Below are positions 9,471 through 19,213 of a stretch of DNA of 64,000 nt, piece after piece. The position numbers were made by a program, and so were the translations under genes. Origin of the DNA: Dehalococcoidia bacterium (lineage in GTDB: Bacteria; Chloroflexota; Dehalococcoidia; GIF9; UBA5629); contig JBEKIW010000002.1 in the NCBI GenBank assembly GCA_050011565.1, forward strand, positions 128,001 to 192,000, given 5' to 3'. Position 1 is the first letter of the stretch; the number at the start of each line of letters is the position of its first letter. The notes beneath the pieces are model-generated. The model searched no databases and was not told the origin of the DNA. It worked only from the letters and a program-made list of their open reading frames with translations.

Positions 9471-10743
9471 CCTTTTCCCTGGTTATCTGAATCTTCTCTA
9501 TTTTCCGCCCCTGCATCTCAGCTATAGTTATTTTCAGGTCCTTATATTTTAAGTTCTCACCCTGCTTTGGTATGCGCCCTAAGTGGCTGAGAATGAACCC
9601 GGCCACGGTTTCATAGTCACCTGTAGGCAGGTCCAAATCCAGTTGCTCATTAGCTTCCTCCACCCTGACCCCACCATCGACCTCACAGGTATGAGCGTCG
9701 ATAGCTACGAAGTCTTTTTCCTTTACCGCCAGTTCATCGCCGATAACGCCCATTATCTCTTGAGTCAATTGCTCTAAGGCAGCTATACCGGCCACGCCGC
9801 CATATTCGTCAACAATGGCTACCATATGATAATTGTTATCCCTCATCTCAGCCAGAAGCTCACCCAGACGTTTGGTCTGGGGCACAAAATGCACGGGTCG
9901 AACCAGCTCATCGATAGGGCTATCCGGCTTCAGTAAATTTTTGGCCTGAGCCATAAGCACATCTTTAATCGATAAAACACCGACCACATTATCCGTTGTA
10001 CCCTTATAAACTGGAAAACGAGAGAAGGGATACTGTCTATAAATATCAAGAAAGCCGGCTAAAGTCGTCCCCTGCCTCAACCAGGTAACCTCGGTACGCG
10101 GCTGCATCACTTCACTGACCGGCCGGTCAGCGAATTCGAAGGTATTGTGTAGCATCTCCGCTTCTTCCTCTTCCCAGACCCCCTCCGCCTCACCAACGGT
10201 AATAGCCGTACGGAATTCATCCTGGCTAATCGTCGGCCTCGGCTCGGTACCGTCGGCAGCCATCCTGGTAAATCTGATGCCGATATGGTTAAGTACATAA
10301 ACAAATGGATAAAGTGCCGTCGATATAAATTCTATTGGCCTGGCATACGCCAGCGCTATTTTCTCCCCGTAGCGAGCAGCCAGGCTCTTGGGAATAAGCT
10401 CGGCGAAAATCAAAGTCAATATGGTTATTACGATGGTAGCTATGGCTACACCTAAGTTCTCCTTCCACAAAGATACAGCCATTACCGTACCCAGAGTAGC
10501 TACTGCCGTCTCGAAGAAATTGATGCACAAGAGCACGGTAGCCAGAAATTTCTCAGGTTTATCAAGAATTCGGGCTACGATTGCTGCTCTGGGGTGATTG
10601 ATACGTACCAGGTGTTTGAGGCGGAGTCGCTGCATGCCGATAAAAGCTGTCTCAGCGCTGCAGAAGAAGGCAGCTGCCGCCAGAGAAATCAAGAATAATA
10701 TTAAGAAGAGACCGCTAACGCCGTTCATATGTAGCCCAACCAA
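9451..10743 (-). CDS. HlyC/CorC (CNNM-CBS-CorC) membrane protein; real start possibly ATG at 10728
   Basis: FFCSAETA, ELIPKSLA, FSRFPVY, IVDEYGG, YETVAGF. Confidence 0.9.
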   Translation of the reverse strand: MVGLHMNGVSGLFLILFLISLAAAAFFCSAETAFIGMQRLRLKHLVRINHPRAAIVARILDKPEKFLATVLLCINFFETAVATLGTVMAVSLWKENLGVAIATIVITILTLIFAELIPKSLAARYGEKIALAYARPIEFISTALYPFVYVLNHIGIRFTRMAADGTEPRPTISQDEFRTAITVGEAEGVWEEEEAEMLHNTFEFADRPVSEVMQPRTEVTWLRQGTTLAGFLDIYRQYPFSRFPVYKGTTDNVVGVLSIKDVLMAQAKNLLKPDSPIDELVRPVHFVPQTKRLGELLAEMRDNNYHMVAIVDEYGGVAGIAALEQLTQEIMGVIGDELAVKEKDFVAIDAHTCEVDGGVRVEEANEQLDLDLPTGDYETVAGFILSHLGRIPKQGENLKYKDLKITIAEMQGRKIEKIQITREKDAAPAP

Positions 10744-10820
10744 TCAAGCGGCCGGGCAGTTCGGTACCATGATAGCATCGGACTTTAATAGTGTCAAAGA
10801 ATTATACTCGTTTTGTCGGC

Positions 10821-11003
10821 TTATCTGCCTCTCTTCTCGTAATCCAGGCACCAGATGGCATTAGGCCGCTCGGGGTTATGGCAGGCGCTTCGCCAGTCCC
10901 ATTTGCAGCTATCGCAAAGCAAGATTTTCATGCCCAGCATCTTCTTGATGCGGATTTTAGCTCTGTCCGCCCAGCTGGGCCTTAATTTCCTGCTTTTAGC
11001 CAT
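10821..11003 (-). CDS. Small Cys-rich hypothetical protein (possible zinc binder)
   Basis: 60 aa with CDSC...C...C; GAGGT RBS upstream. Confidence 0.6.
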   Translation of the reverse strand: MAKSRKLRPSWADRAKIRIKKMLGMKILLCDSCKWDWRSACHNPERPNAIWCLDYEKRGR

Positions 11004-11063
11004 TCCAACCTCGTTTTAAAGTCTTATTGTTCATATTTCACTAAAAAACATGTCTGGCTTATA

Positions 11064-11573
11064 CTACTTGTTCAACCCGCGCTGAATGCCGCGTATATAG
11101 GCAATCTGTCCCATGTGTAAAGCTATCTCAGTGGTGATGCGACACAATATATCGCCTACGGAGTCAGGCGAACGGTCCGGCCGCGCCAATTCGGATAGTC
11201 TTTCTGGAGAGATGCTGTTAAGCAAAGCCAGAGTCTTTTTTCGAACCGACTCGGAATAGCCGCGTATTATCTCCAACTTCGGCACCGGCCAGGCTCGAAG
11301 CTGCTCAAGTGTATAATCAAAGCCAGTATCTTTGGCTGGCGTGCCCAATTTCTCACGCCAACCTTCCGCCTCGTAAAGTTCTACACCTCGCTGGATAACA
11401 CGGATAACAAAGAAGTCTTCAACCCGGGTGACATGCCATAGTATAAAGGCAATGCTGTTAGACTCCTGTGCCGGGCTCCATGCCGCCTCTTCCTGAGTCA
11501 GACCATCAAGCGCTTTAGTAAGATATCCCTGGCTCTGCTCTAGAGATTTAACCATCGCCTCTGCAAGCTGCAT
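11064..11573 (-). CDS. DinB-family protein
   Basis: SNSIAFILWH...H.GQIAYIRG; AGGAGGT RBS. Confidence 0.85.
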   Translation of the reverse strand: MQLAEAMVKSLEQSQGYLTKALDGLTQEEAAWSPAQESNSIAFILWHVTRVEDFFVIRVIQRGVELYEAEGWREKLGTPAKDTGFDYTLEQLRAWPVPKLEIIRGYSESVRKKTLALLNSISPERLSELARPDRSPDSVGDILCRITTEIALHMGQIAYIRGIQRGLNK

Positions 11574-11744
11574 CTGTCACCTCCTAATATGATGCATCGA
11601 ACAAATTAATAATAGCAAACGACGAATCCGCGAAGCAAAATTGACTGCCCGCGATATTCGATAATGAATCGGGAAAATAGTGCACAGTGCCGGGCTGGAT
11701 TGTTAAAATAAACCCTCAGTATTATAATTGCCCAAATCCGTAAT

Positions 11745-13595
11745 TTGAGGATAACGACATTGACTTATAAGTCCAAAGGTAAATGGCTATTTTTTCCACT
11801 TGCCGGACTTGCGGCTCTAGGCTTATTCCTGAGCAGCTTCGGGACTCTGGGTGCCGCCGACAGGGTTTACCACTACGAGTCTATAAATGTCGACATTAAA
11901 ATTCTGGAAAATTCGGATTTTCAGGTCAGCGAGGTCCAGACATTCGTTTTCACCTCAGGCGATTTCCACTACGCATTTAGATGGATACCCACGGATAGGC
12001 TCGAGTCAATCGATAATGTGGAGGTTTGGGAAGGTGACCGGCAATATCCGCTTAATCCTGTCGTTAAAGAGTGGATAGACATCCGGAAAAAAACGGGCGA
12101 GTCAGCTGGTGGCGACACTTATGGCTATGCCACCTGGATGGAAAAAGACCAATTCTGGGTCGGCTGGTGGTTCCCTGAGACAAGTAACAGCCGCCGGATT
12201 ATAGAACTCAGGTACACGGTTCACGGTGGTCTGCGCCTCAACAGCCCTGCCGACCAGCTATATTGGAAAGCTATCTTCGGAGACCGCGACGCTTATGTCG
12301 ATTCAAGCCAGGTATTCGTTCATCTGCCTGGACCCGTGCCGCCAGAACAGCTTTTGATTTATAGCTACGGGGTATCTGCCACCAAACAAATCATAGATGA
12401 CACAACCATAGAGTTCATAACAGGTAGCATACCTGCTGCCGGAGAACTCGAGATTAATATCTATTTCCCACACGGCATGGTCAGCGGTGTGCCGCCAGCC
12501 TGGCAAAAAAAGCTGGAACAGCGAGAAGCCTATAACGACCATGTTAAGCCGATAGTTAATCTGTCACTTACCCTGTTTGGCTTAGTGGTTGTACCGCTGC
12601 TCGGTGCTCTCTGGATACGTCGCGCCTTCAGGAAAAGAGGTCGCCTGTCGAAAGTCAGCGCGGCGCCACAGTCGCAGTATTCACTACCCAGTGATTTGCC
12701 GCCGGCATTGGTGGCTTTAGTCACCCGTGGCAGAGTAGGTCCTACGGAGCTTACAGCCACTATCTTCGACCTGGCCAATAAGGGCATAGTCGAACTAATA
12801 CAAACGGAAAAACAGCATTGGTCTGGCACGCAAAAAGACATACTGCTCATAAAAGCTAAAGACGAGGAGAAATTCTCCTTCGAGGACCTGATTACGCAGA
12901 CTATGGCTAGCCGCGATGGGAAACTACTTTCCGAGCAGAAAGGACAGCATCCGCAGCTACTTAAGGAATTCACCCGTATGGTGGAACGCGAGGCAGTAAA
13001 GCTGAAACTTTTCGAGGAGGAGCCATCGCGGTCAGTCCAACGTCTGCTAATGCCCGGAATACTTCTTATCTTTCTTCCTATATTTCTCGGCATATTTCTC
13101 TTTGTGCTTCTGTGGCCATACGCTGAGATGATTTTCGTTCCCTTTGCCTTATGCCTCCCTATCGGTATGGCGGCAATCATACTTTCATCCAGGCTGCCAA
13201 AGCTAACAGAAGCAGGCGCTGCTGAGTGTGCTAAATGGAAAGCCTTTGGGAAATATCTCAAGAAAATGGCCAAAGACAAGCAGCTGGCCACCGACAACCT
13301 GAGCTATTGGGACTCCTATTTCGCCTATGCCGTAGTCTTCGGCTTAACCCAGGGCTGGGTAAAGCAGTTCAGTCAGCTTGATGCTCCGACACCGGTATGG
13401 TTTTATACCAGTGGAACAGACGGGGTAAGCGGGAACATATCATCGGTGCCATCGCTAAGCGCCGTAGGCGATGCCTTCAGCAGTATGGTAGACATGGTCA
13501 GCGGGGGCTTTTCCGGTGGTGGCAGTAGCGGAGGCGGCGGTGGCGGAGGAGGTGGTGGCGGAGGCGGTGGTGGAGGTGGCGGCGGCGCCGGCTGA
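11745..13595 (+). CDS. DUF2207 membrane protein
   Basis: DQLYWKAI, ATIFDLA.KG, KWKAF.KYL, YAVVFG, Gly-rich tail. Confidence 0.88.
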   Translation: MRITTLTYKSKGKWLFFPLAGLAALGLFLSSFGTLGAADRVYHYESINVDIKILENSDFQVSEVQTFVFTSGDFHYAFRWIPTDRLESIDNVEVWEGDRQYPLNPVVKEWIDIRKKTGESAGGDTYGYATWMEKDQFWVGWWFPETSNSRRIIELRYTVHGGLRLNSPADQLYWKAIFGDRDAYVDSSQVFVHLPGPVPPEQLLIYSYGVSATKQIIDDTTIEFITGSIPAAGELEINIYFPHGMVSGVPPAWQKKLEQREAYNDHVKPIVNLSLTLFGLVVVPLLGALWIRRAFRKRGRLSKVSAAPQSQYSLPSDLPPALVALVTRGRVGPTELTATIFDLANKGIVELIQTEKQHWSGTQKDILLIKAKDEEKFSFEDLITQTMASRDGKLLSEQKGQHPQLLKEFTRMVEREAVKLKLFEEEPSRSVQRLLMPGILLIFLPIFLGIFLFVLLWPYAEMIFVPFALCLPIGMAAIILSSRLPKLTEAGAAECAKWKAFGKYLKKMAKDKQLATDNLSYWDSYFAYAVVFGLTQGWVKQFSQLDAPTPVWFYTSGTDGVSGNISSVPSLSAVGDAFSSMVDMVSGGFSGGGSSGGGGGGGGGGGGGGGGGGGAG

Positions 13596-13650
13596 CTTTC
13601 CAGTTGGAACTAACAGGCAACTTCGTTCTTGTGTTACGAAAGATGGGAAA

Positions 13651-14319
13651 ATGACCTGGGATAATATGTATCGAAATCATCAGCGTGTCTGGGGTGACAG
13701 ACCCAGCGCCTTGGCTGCCTTTGCCTGCCATTATTTACAGGGCGTCAAATCTTCCGGTAGTGCTAATGAAATATTAGACCTCGGGTGCGGCTATGGTCGT
13801 GATGCCATATATTTAGCCCGCAGCACTAAATGCCATGTCCTGGGCATTGACAATTCCAGTGAAGCCATTGAAATGGCAGGAAAGGCGCTGGCTGCTGATT
13901 TGGAATCGCGTGTCAGATTCCAGTGTTGTGACTTCAGGCAAATGCCTGAGGGAAAATTCGAAATTGTATTCGCCTCTAACTTTTATCACTTGCTAAAAAT
14001 GGAAGAGAGGCAAGCCTTCAGAAATACAATTAAAAAGAGCCTGAAGCCTGGCGGAATGCTTTTCCTCAGCACGCTTTCCCCGAGTGACCCCGAGCACTTT
14101 GGCAAAGGCAAACCCGTTGAGAACGAGGATAACTCATTCCACGACCAGAGGTTCCTCCACTTTTGCACACGGGAAGAGCTGGAAACAGATTTCAGTTTTT
14201 TAACCATCAAGGAGCTATCTGAGCACGAATACTATGAGCCTCGCTCCAATGGGGAAGTTCACCATCACATTTTATGGATACTTCTGGGTGTGAAACAGCA
14301 AGGGCCTATAAGCATTTAG
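13651..14319 (+). CDS. Class I SAM-dependent methyltransferase
   Basis: ILDLGCGYGRD, GIDNS, LKPGG; start moved to ATG 13651 to avoid overlap. Confidence 0.88.
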   Translation: MTWDNMYRNHQRVWGDRPSALAAFACHYLQGVKSSGSANEILDLGCGYGRDAIYLARSTKCHVLGIDNSSEAIEMAGKALAADLESRVRFQCCDFRQMPEGKFEIVFASNFYHLLKMEERQAFRNTIKKSLKPGGMLFLSTLSPSDPEHFGKGKPVENEDNSFHDQRFLHFCTREELETDFSFLTIKELSEHEYYEPRSNGEVHHHILWILLGVKQQGPISI

Positions 14320-14348
14320 CTAACTTTCGCCAAACACGGAGAACTCCA

Positions 14349-15335
14349 ATGATAAAAGAAAATCAATTACAATGGCTACTGGAACCAGGCGATATCGGCG
14401 TGAGATATCTTGCCCTGCGTGACTTAGCCGAAACCGATGCCGATGAATTAATGGCAGCCAGGAAAAGGGCACATACTGAAGGCCCTATTGCCAAAGTGCT
14501 GGAAAAGATGGAGAAGGAAGGCTATTGGGTGCAACCCGGAGCCGGATATTATCCGAAATACAGGGGCACTGTGTGGTCGATTATCTTACTGGCTCAGCTT
14601 GGCGCTTCTATTGAAATGGATAAGCGCTTGGCAATCGCCGGCTCTTATTTATTAGAGCATACGCTGACAAAAGACGGGCATTTCACAATTAACGGAGCCC
14701 CGTCGGGAACAATAGATTGCCTGCAGGGAAACCTCTGCGCCGCCCTACTGGACCTCGGGTTAAAAGACCCGCGCCTGGATAAGGCGTTTGAGTGGATGGC
14801 AAAGAGCGTCACCGGCGACGGCGTAGCCCCCATGGAGGATAAGACAGCTCCGGTGCGTTACTACGCCGGGAAATGCGGGCCCAAATTCGCCTGCGGCGCG
14901 AATAATAAACTGCCCTGCGCCTGGGGAGCCGTAAAAATAATGCTGGCTTTCAGCAAATTGCCGAAAGGAAAAAGAACAAAGTTGATAGATAACGCCATCG
15001 ATACAGGAGTTGATTTCCTGTTCAGCAAAGACCCGGCCAGGGCAGATTATCCCTGTGGCTACAGCGCTAAACCGAGTCAGAATTGGTGGAAATTCGGCTT
15101 TCCGGTGTTTTATGTGACCGATTTATTGCAGAATGTTGAAGCGCTGGTCGGATTAGGCTATGGTCATGACCCTCGGCTGGAAAATGCTTTGACCACAATC
15201 CGTGACAAGCAAGATGCCCAAGGGCGCTGGTTGATGGAATACGATTACACCGGCAAGACATGGATAAACTTCGGTGCCAAAAAGCAACCTAACAAGTGGG
15301 TAACGCTGCGTGCCCTGCGCATCTTGAAAGCATAA
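14349..15335 (+). CDS. Prenyltransferase/squalene-oxidase-like alpha-barrel protein of unknown function
   Basis: LQWLLE..D..VRY, YYPKY.GT.W, FGFP.FY..D, KQDAQGRW, PNKWVTLRAL. Confidence 0.6.
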   Translation: MIKENQLQWLLEPGDIGVRYLALRDLAETDADELMAARKRAHTEGPIAKVLEKMEKEGYWVQPGAGYYPKYRGTVWSIILLAQLGASIEMDKRLAIAGSYLLEHTLTKDGHFTINGAPSGTIDCLQGNLCAALLDLGLKDPRLDKAFEWMAKSVTGDGVAPMEDKTAPVRYYAGKCGPKFACGANNKLPCAWGAVKIMLAFSKLPKGKRTKLIDNAIDTGVDFLFSKDPARADYPCGYSAKPSQNWWKFGFPVFYVTDLLQNVEALVGLGYGHDPRLENALTTIRDKQDAQGRWLMEYDYTGKTWINFGAKKQPNKWVTLRALRILKA

Positions 15336-15339
15336 ACTA

Positions 15340-15978
15340 ATGACCGGACATAAGCAAAGACCAACATTGAAAACTAAAGTTGTGATACTTGATGCCATGG
15401 GAGTAATGTATTCCATCGGGGATGACGTAAAAGACTTGCTCTGCCCGTTTATTGCCGAGAAGGGCGGTATCAACGATATAGATATAATCAACGGCCTCTA
15501 TGCTGCAGCGAGTCTGGGTAATATAAACTCAACTGAACTTTGGCAAGCCGTAGGTATAAACCCCAACCTGGAAGATGAATACCTGCAACGTCATAATCTG
15601 ACCGATGGCTTGATTGAATTCCTCGAGGCAACCAATTCAAGAGGCGGGGAAGTTTGGTGTCTATCGAATGACCTCTCAGAGTGGTCGAGAAAACTGCGAG
15701 ATAGATTTAAGTTTGAGAGATATATCCGTGGCTTTGTCATCAGCGGAGATGTCGGCCTCAGAAAACCAGACCCCGCTATCTTTCAATACCTAATCCGGCA
15801 GCTAAATGTCAACGCCAGTTCTGCGGTATTTGTAGATGACAACCCTAAAAACCTGGACTCGGCAACTGGGCTGGGGCTTCAGACTATTCTTTTCAATGCC
15901 AGTGGTGAAAATCTTGGCCATTCTGTTCATAAATCAGCAAGGAACTTTAATGAACTGCTGCACTGCCTGTCGCAATGA
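15340..15978 (+). CDS. HAD-superfamily hydrolase
   Basis: DAMGV, LSND, KPDPAIF, FVDD. Confidence 0.85.
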   Translation: MTGHKQRPTLKTKVVILDAMGVMYSIGDDVKDLLCPFIAEKGGINDIDIINGLYAAASLGNINSTELWQAVGINPNLEDEYLQRHNLTDGLIEFLEATNSRGGEVWCLSNDLSEWSRKLRDRFKFERYIRGFVISGDVGLRKPDPAIFQYLIRQLNVNASSAVFVDDNPKNLDSATGLGLQTILFNASGENLGHSVHKSARNFNELLHCLSQ

Positions 15979-16096
15979 AATTTAAATAACTGATGTCATA
16001 TATCAAAGCTCCACACCTGACCCAATTATGCCCCACAACTGACATTGATTTATATTTATGAATAACCTTCTCTTCGAATAGCTCACATGGAGGACA

Positions 16097-16906
16097 TGGA
16101 GCTGGGGAATCAATAGGTAGAACCATTTTTGAGGCGATATTTAGGCTAGCAACATAAACCCAGCTAACTCACTTCACATGAGTATCAGTGACTATATACA
16201 AAGCTGGGTCTACTAAAGGATTGTTATAAAAATGGCAACTCACAACGTAATTGGGACAAACCCCGTGAATGTTTGTGACCGCACTTTGAGAATGAAGGAG
16301 CTTTATCGACTTTTTTGACTTAGGAATTACGATAAGCTCCATGCGCAGACACTGTACTTGAGAAGGCAATTTCACTATTTCATGTCTACCCTCTAAATTC
16401 GTCTCCGTTGGCAGTGCAAAGATATTGCCGGTATAGACGCACAGAAGTAGTTGAGGAGTTCTTACTGGAAACCAATCTAGCTCCCATTCATCTACTATGC
16501 GGTTTTGGGCGTCAATCATATGAGCAACCCCATACTTTTGGCTAATTGGCGGCGGGTGAAAAGTAACATGCGGGCTCTCAGCATCTTCGATGTCAACAAT
16601 TCCTTTGGGTAAAGTCTGGATATGATTAGTAAAAGCACCGGATTGAACAACTGCACTACCCCACTCTGTGAATTTTAGAGTTTTCGATAAGAGACCGAAA
16701 GACAAGGAGCCGTCTTCCTGCAAATTAATCCAAGCATAAGAATAATGATGGTTTTTTATTAGAAGGTAGATACGTACTTGCCCAAGCCATTCCTTTCTCA
16801 TGCTCTTGTTCTCCACTTGTGCACTGGTAGTTTGCTGGTGGTGGCTATTAGTTAAACTTTTACGAAACGATTTGCTAGATTTATTTTAAACTTTTGCTAA
16901 ACAAAG
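16097..16906. mobile_element. Integrase-less islet at the 3' end of tRNA-Ala
   Basis: TGGAGCTGGGG (16097-16107) matches tRNA end TGGAGCTGAGG (16910-16920) at 10/11; AT-rich single cargo gene. Confidence 0.5.
16169..16816 (-). CDS. Hypothetical protein, AT-rich islet cargo
   Basis: 215-aa ORF with no recognised motif. Confidence 0.65.
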   Translation of the reverse strand: MENKSMRKEWLGQVRIYLLIKNHHYSYAWINLQEDGSLSFGLLSKTLKFTEWGSAVVQSGAFTNHIQTLPKGIVDIEDAESPHVTFHPPPISQKYGVAHMIDAQNRIVDEWELDWFPVRTPQLLLCVYTGNIFALPTETNLEGRHEIVKLPSQVQCLRMELIVIPKSKKSIKLLHSQSAVTNIHGVCPNYVVSCHFYNNPLVDPALYIVTDTHVK

Positions 16907-16982
<76 letters not shown>

Positions 16983-17100
16983 ATCCAATGATTGATTATA
17001 CTAGCAGGCAACACTCATTAACAAGCGGTTTCAGCTTGTTGCTACGTGTTCCATAGTGGGACAAAAAGAAGTCTTGCCGGCTACCGGGGGGATATCCGGG

Positions 17101-17346
17101 CTATTTCTTCATCAGTATTCGGCACAGGGCAAATATAACCAGCAGATAACCGATTATCCTGATGACAATGATAAAGGCATCCAGACTTGCTGCCAGCCCC
17201 GCCAGTGTCAGAGCATGAGAAATGGCGAACAAACCAAAGCCAATGCCGATGTAAAGAGCTACGTCAGACTTCCTCTTGACGAACGCCCAGATACCCAAAG
17301 CCAGTATTACGGTAGTCAGGACCAGATTGATAATAGTTACTGCCAT
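17101..17346 (-). CDS. Small 3-TM membrane protein
   Basis: Three hydrophobic stretches; AAGGGGG RBS. Confidence 0.75.
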   Translation of the reverse strand: MAVTIINLVLTTVILALGIWAFVKRKSDVALYIGIGFGLFAISHALTLAGLAASLDAFIIVIRIIGYLLVIFALCRILMKK

Positions 17347-17518
17347 TTGTGGTAACCCCCTTTTTTTAAATATTCAGCACTTTATGCCAGTCAGTCATCA
17401 TAGCAGCTTTGACCGGCAACGTAAAGCAGTACCATAAACCGCGCCGCGGCACGGCTGGCTTCAATTAGTCGGTGATTTCAATTACAATATAATTGATTGA
17501 CATTTCAGGAGGTGGACT

Positions 17519-18022
17519 ATGAGCCAGACCAGTGACAATCTACAAGTTGCTTTTGCCGGCGAAAGCCAGGCCAGCCGCAAATACCTTTATTTCTCTGAGA
17601 AGGCTGAAGAGGAGGGATACAAGCAGATAGCCCGTTTATTCCGGGCTGCGTCGGACGCGGAAACCGTCCATGCCCGCAATCACTTGAAAGTCATGCAGGG
17701 AGTAAAATCAACCTTGGACAACCTGAAGGCAGCCATCGGCGGTGAGCATTACGAGTTCACGAAAATGTATCCTGATTTCATCAAGCAGGCCGACGCCGAA
17801 GGTGACAAGAAGGCAAATGACACCTTCTACCTGGCGAATAAGGTTGAGCAAATCCACCACAGCCTGTATCAGGCTGCCCTCACCACGCTGGAAAAAGGCC
17901 AGACCATTCCCGAGAAGCCAATCTATGTCTGCCAGCACTGCGGCAACACGGTCGAAGGCGAACCACCTGATAAGTGCCCCATCTGCGGCATGCCGAAAAA
18001 GATGTTCAAGCGCATAGACTAG
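17519..18022 (+). CDS. rbr: Rubrerythrin-family protein
   Basis: AFAGESQA, E..HA, GE.YE...MYP, CQHCG...CPICG. Confidence 0.93.
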   Translation: MSQTSDNLQVAFAGESQASRKYLYFSEKAEEEGYKQIARLFRAASDAETVHARNHLKVMQGVKSTLDNLKAAIGGEHYEFTKMYPDFIKQADAEGDKKANDTFYLANKVEQIHHSLYQAALTTLEKGQTIPEKPIYVCQHCGNTVEGEPPDKCPICGMPKKMFKRID

Positions 18023-18049
18023 ATAGTAACGAAATTAAGGAGTTGACCT

Positions 18050-18337
18050 ATGTCAAAGAAGATGTCAGATGATGAAATCCGCGAAATAGCCACGCATAGG
18101 GTGAGAAGAAGGAGAAGATTCTACGCCCACCTGACGGCATACATACTCGTCAATTTGATGCTAGTGGCCATCTGGTACTTCACGGGCCACGGCTACTTCT
18201 GGCCCGGGTGGGTAATGCTGTTCTGGGGAATAGGGCTGGTGTTCAATGCCGTGGCTGTCTTCGCCAAAGGTGATATCGGGTCAGAGAGAGCTGCTATAGA
18301 AAAAGAAATAGAGAAAATCAAGAAAAGCGGCTTCTAG
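18050..18337 (+). CDS. 2TM-domain protein
   Basis: FYAHL..Y..VN...YFWP.W....WGIGL. Confidence 0.85.
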   Translation: MSKKMSDDEIREIATHRVRRRRRFYAHLTAYILVNLMLVAIWYFTGHGYFWPGWVMLFWGIGLVFNAVAVFAKGDIGSERAAIEKEIEKIKKSGF

Positions 18338-18361
18338 TTCGAGCCTTTGTTGCAGTTGCCG

Positions 18362-19165
18362 TCATTGGCCCATTAAGCTGTTTATATATTCGGGGTCGCT
18401 GTATTTGGCCATTATTTTTTCATAAACCGTTTTATAATCGATATCCTTTTCCTGCTTCAAGGCATCCAACGCGCTCTGCCAGGCGGTTACCGTGCTATCA
18501 GGAACGTCCTTGCTGAACGCTATGTAAAGGTCCGCCTGTATGACAACGGTGGGCATCATGACCAGGTCATCCGGATTTACTCCCGCCTGGGCAGCGGTGA
18601 TGGCCAGGCCGTCTTTATTTCCCAGCCATAATTGTACTGTGCCATCCATTAGTTTTTTCAAAGCCTCGGCATCAGTCAGACTTTCGTCCAGGTTAGTAAA
18701 TCCCTGGGATGCCAGGAACTGGGCCCCGGCATCGCCCTTGTAGATGCCTATCTTATTGACCTTTTTGGCGTCCTCAAGTTCATTAATTGTAATCGTTGTG
18801 CCTTTCTTGGCATAAAACGCCTGCTCGTAGTAGCCAATCGGTCCAACCCATTTGAAAAGGTTTTCCCGCAGGGGAGTCCTGTTCAGCGAATAAATTACCA
18901 CTTCAGGCCCCTTTTCAGCTATGGCCAGACCCTGGCTAAGCGGCATGACCTCTATATTAGCCCGGGTGCCTGTGTTTTCTAAGATAGCCTGTACAATTTC
19001 CGTGCTTTGCCCGGTAACATTGTTATTTTTATCCACAAAATTATAGGGCGGATATATTTCAGTGGTGATGCGCAACCCGCTGCTGGCTGGAGGCACCGTG
19101 CCTGCGGCATTGCAGCCCACCAGCAGCATGGCTGTTGCAAATAAGATAGCTAACCAAACCCTCAT
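18362..19165 (-). CDS. Substrate-binding lipoprotein (SBP family 3), no adjacent permease
   Basis: Lipobox LVGC, TEIYPPYNF, RTPLRE..FKWVGP, LYIAFSKD. Confidence 0.85.
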   Translation of the reverse strand: MRVWLAILFATAMLLVGCNAAGTVPPASSGLRITTEIYPPYNFVDKNNNVTGQSTEIVQAILENTGTRANIEVMPLSQGLAIAEKGPEVVIYSLNRTPLRENLFKWVGPIGYYEQAFYAKKGTTITINELEDAKKVNKIGIYKGDAGAQFLASQGFTNLDESLTDAEALKKLMDGTVQLWLGNKDGLAITAAQAGVNPDDLVMMPTVVIQADLYIAFSKDVPDSTVTAWQSALDALKQEKDIDYKTVYEKIMAKYSDPEYINSLMGQ

Positions 19166-19213
19166 TGTATTAGTCTCCTTCTCATCTCAAATTGGATTCC
19201 TGTTCAGTCATCT

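Noticed and set aside
13516-13650. Ala/Val/Glu-rich N-terminal extension of the methyltransferase
   Set aside because: Off-frame reading of the DUF2207 poly-Gly tail
14349-15335. Nitrogenase NifH (a label I recall being attached to this family)
   Set aside because: No P-loop GKGGIGKS or NifH Cys motifs
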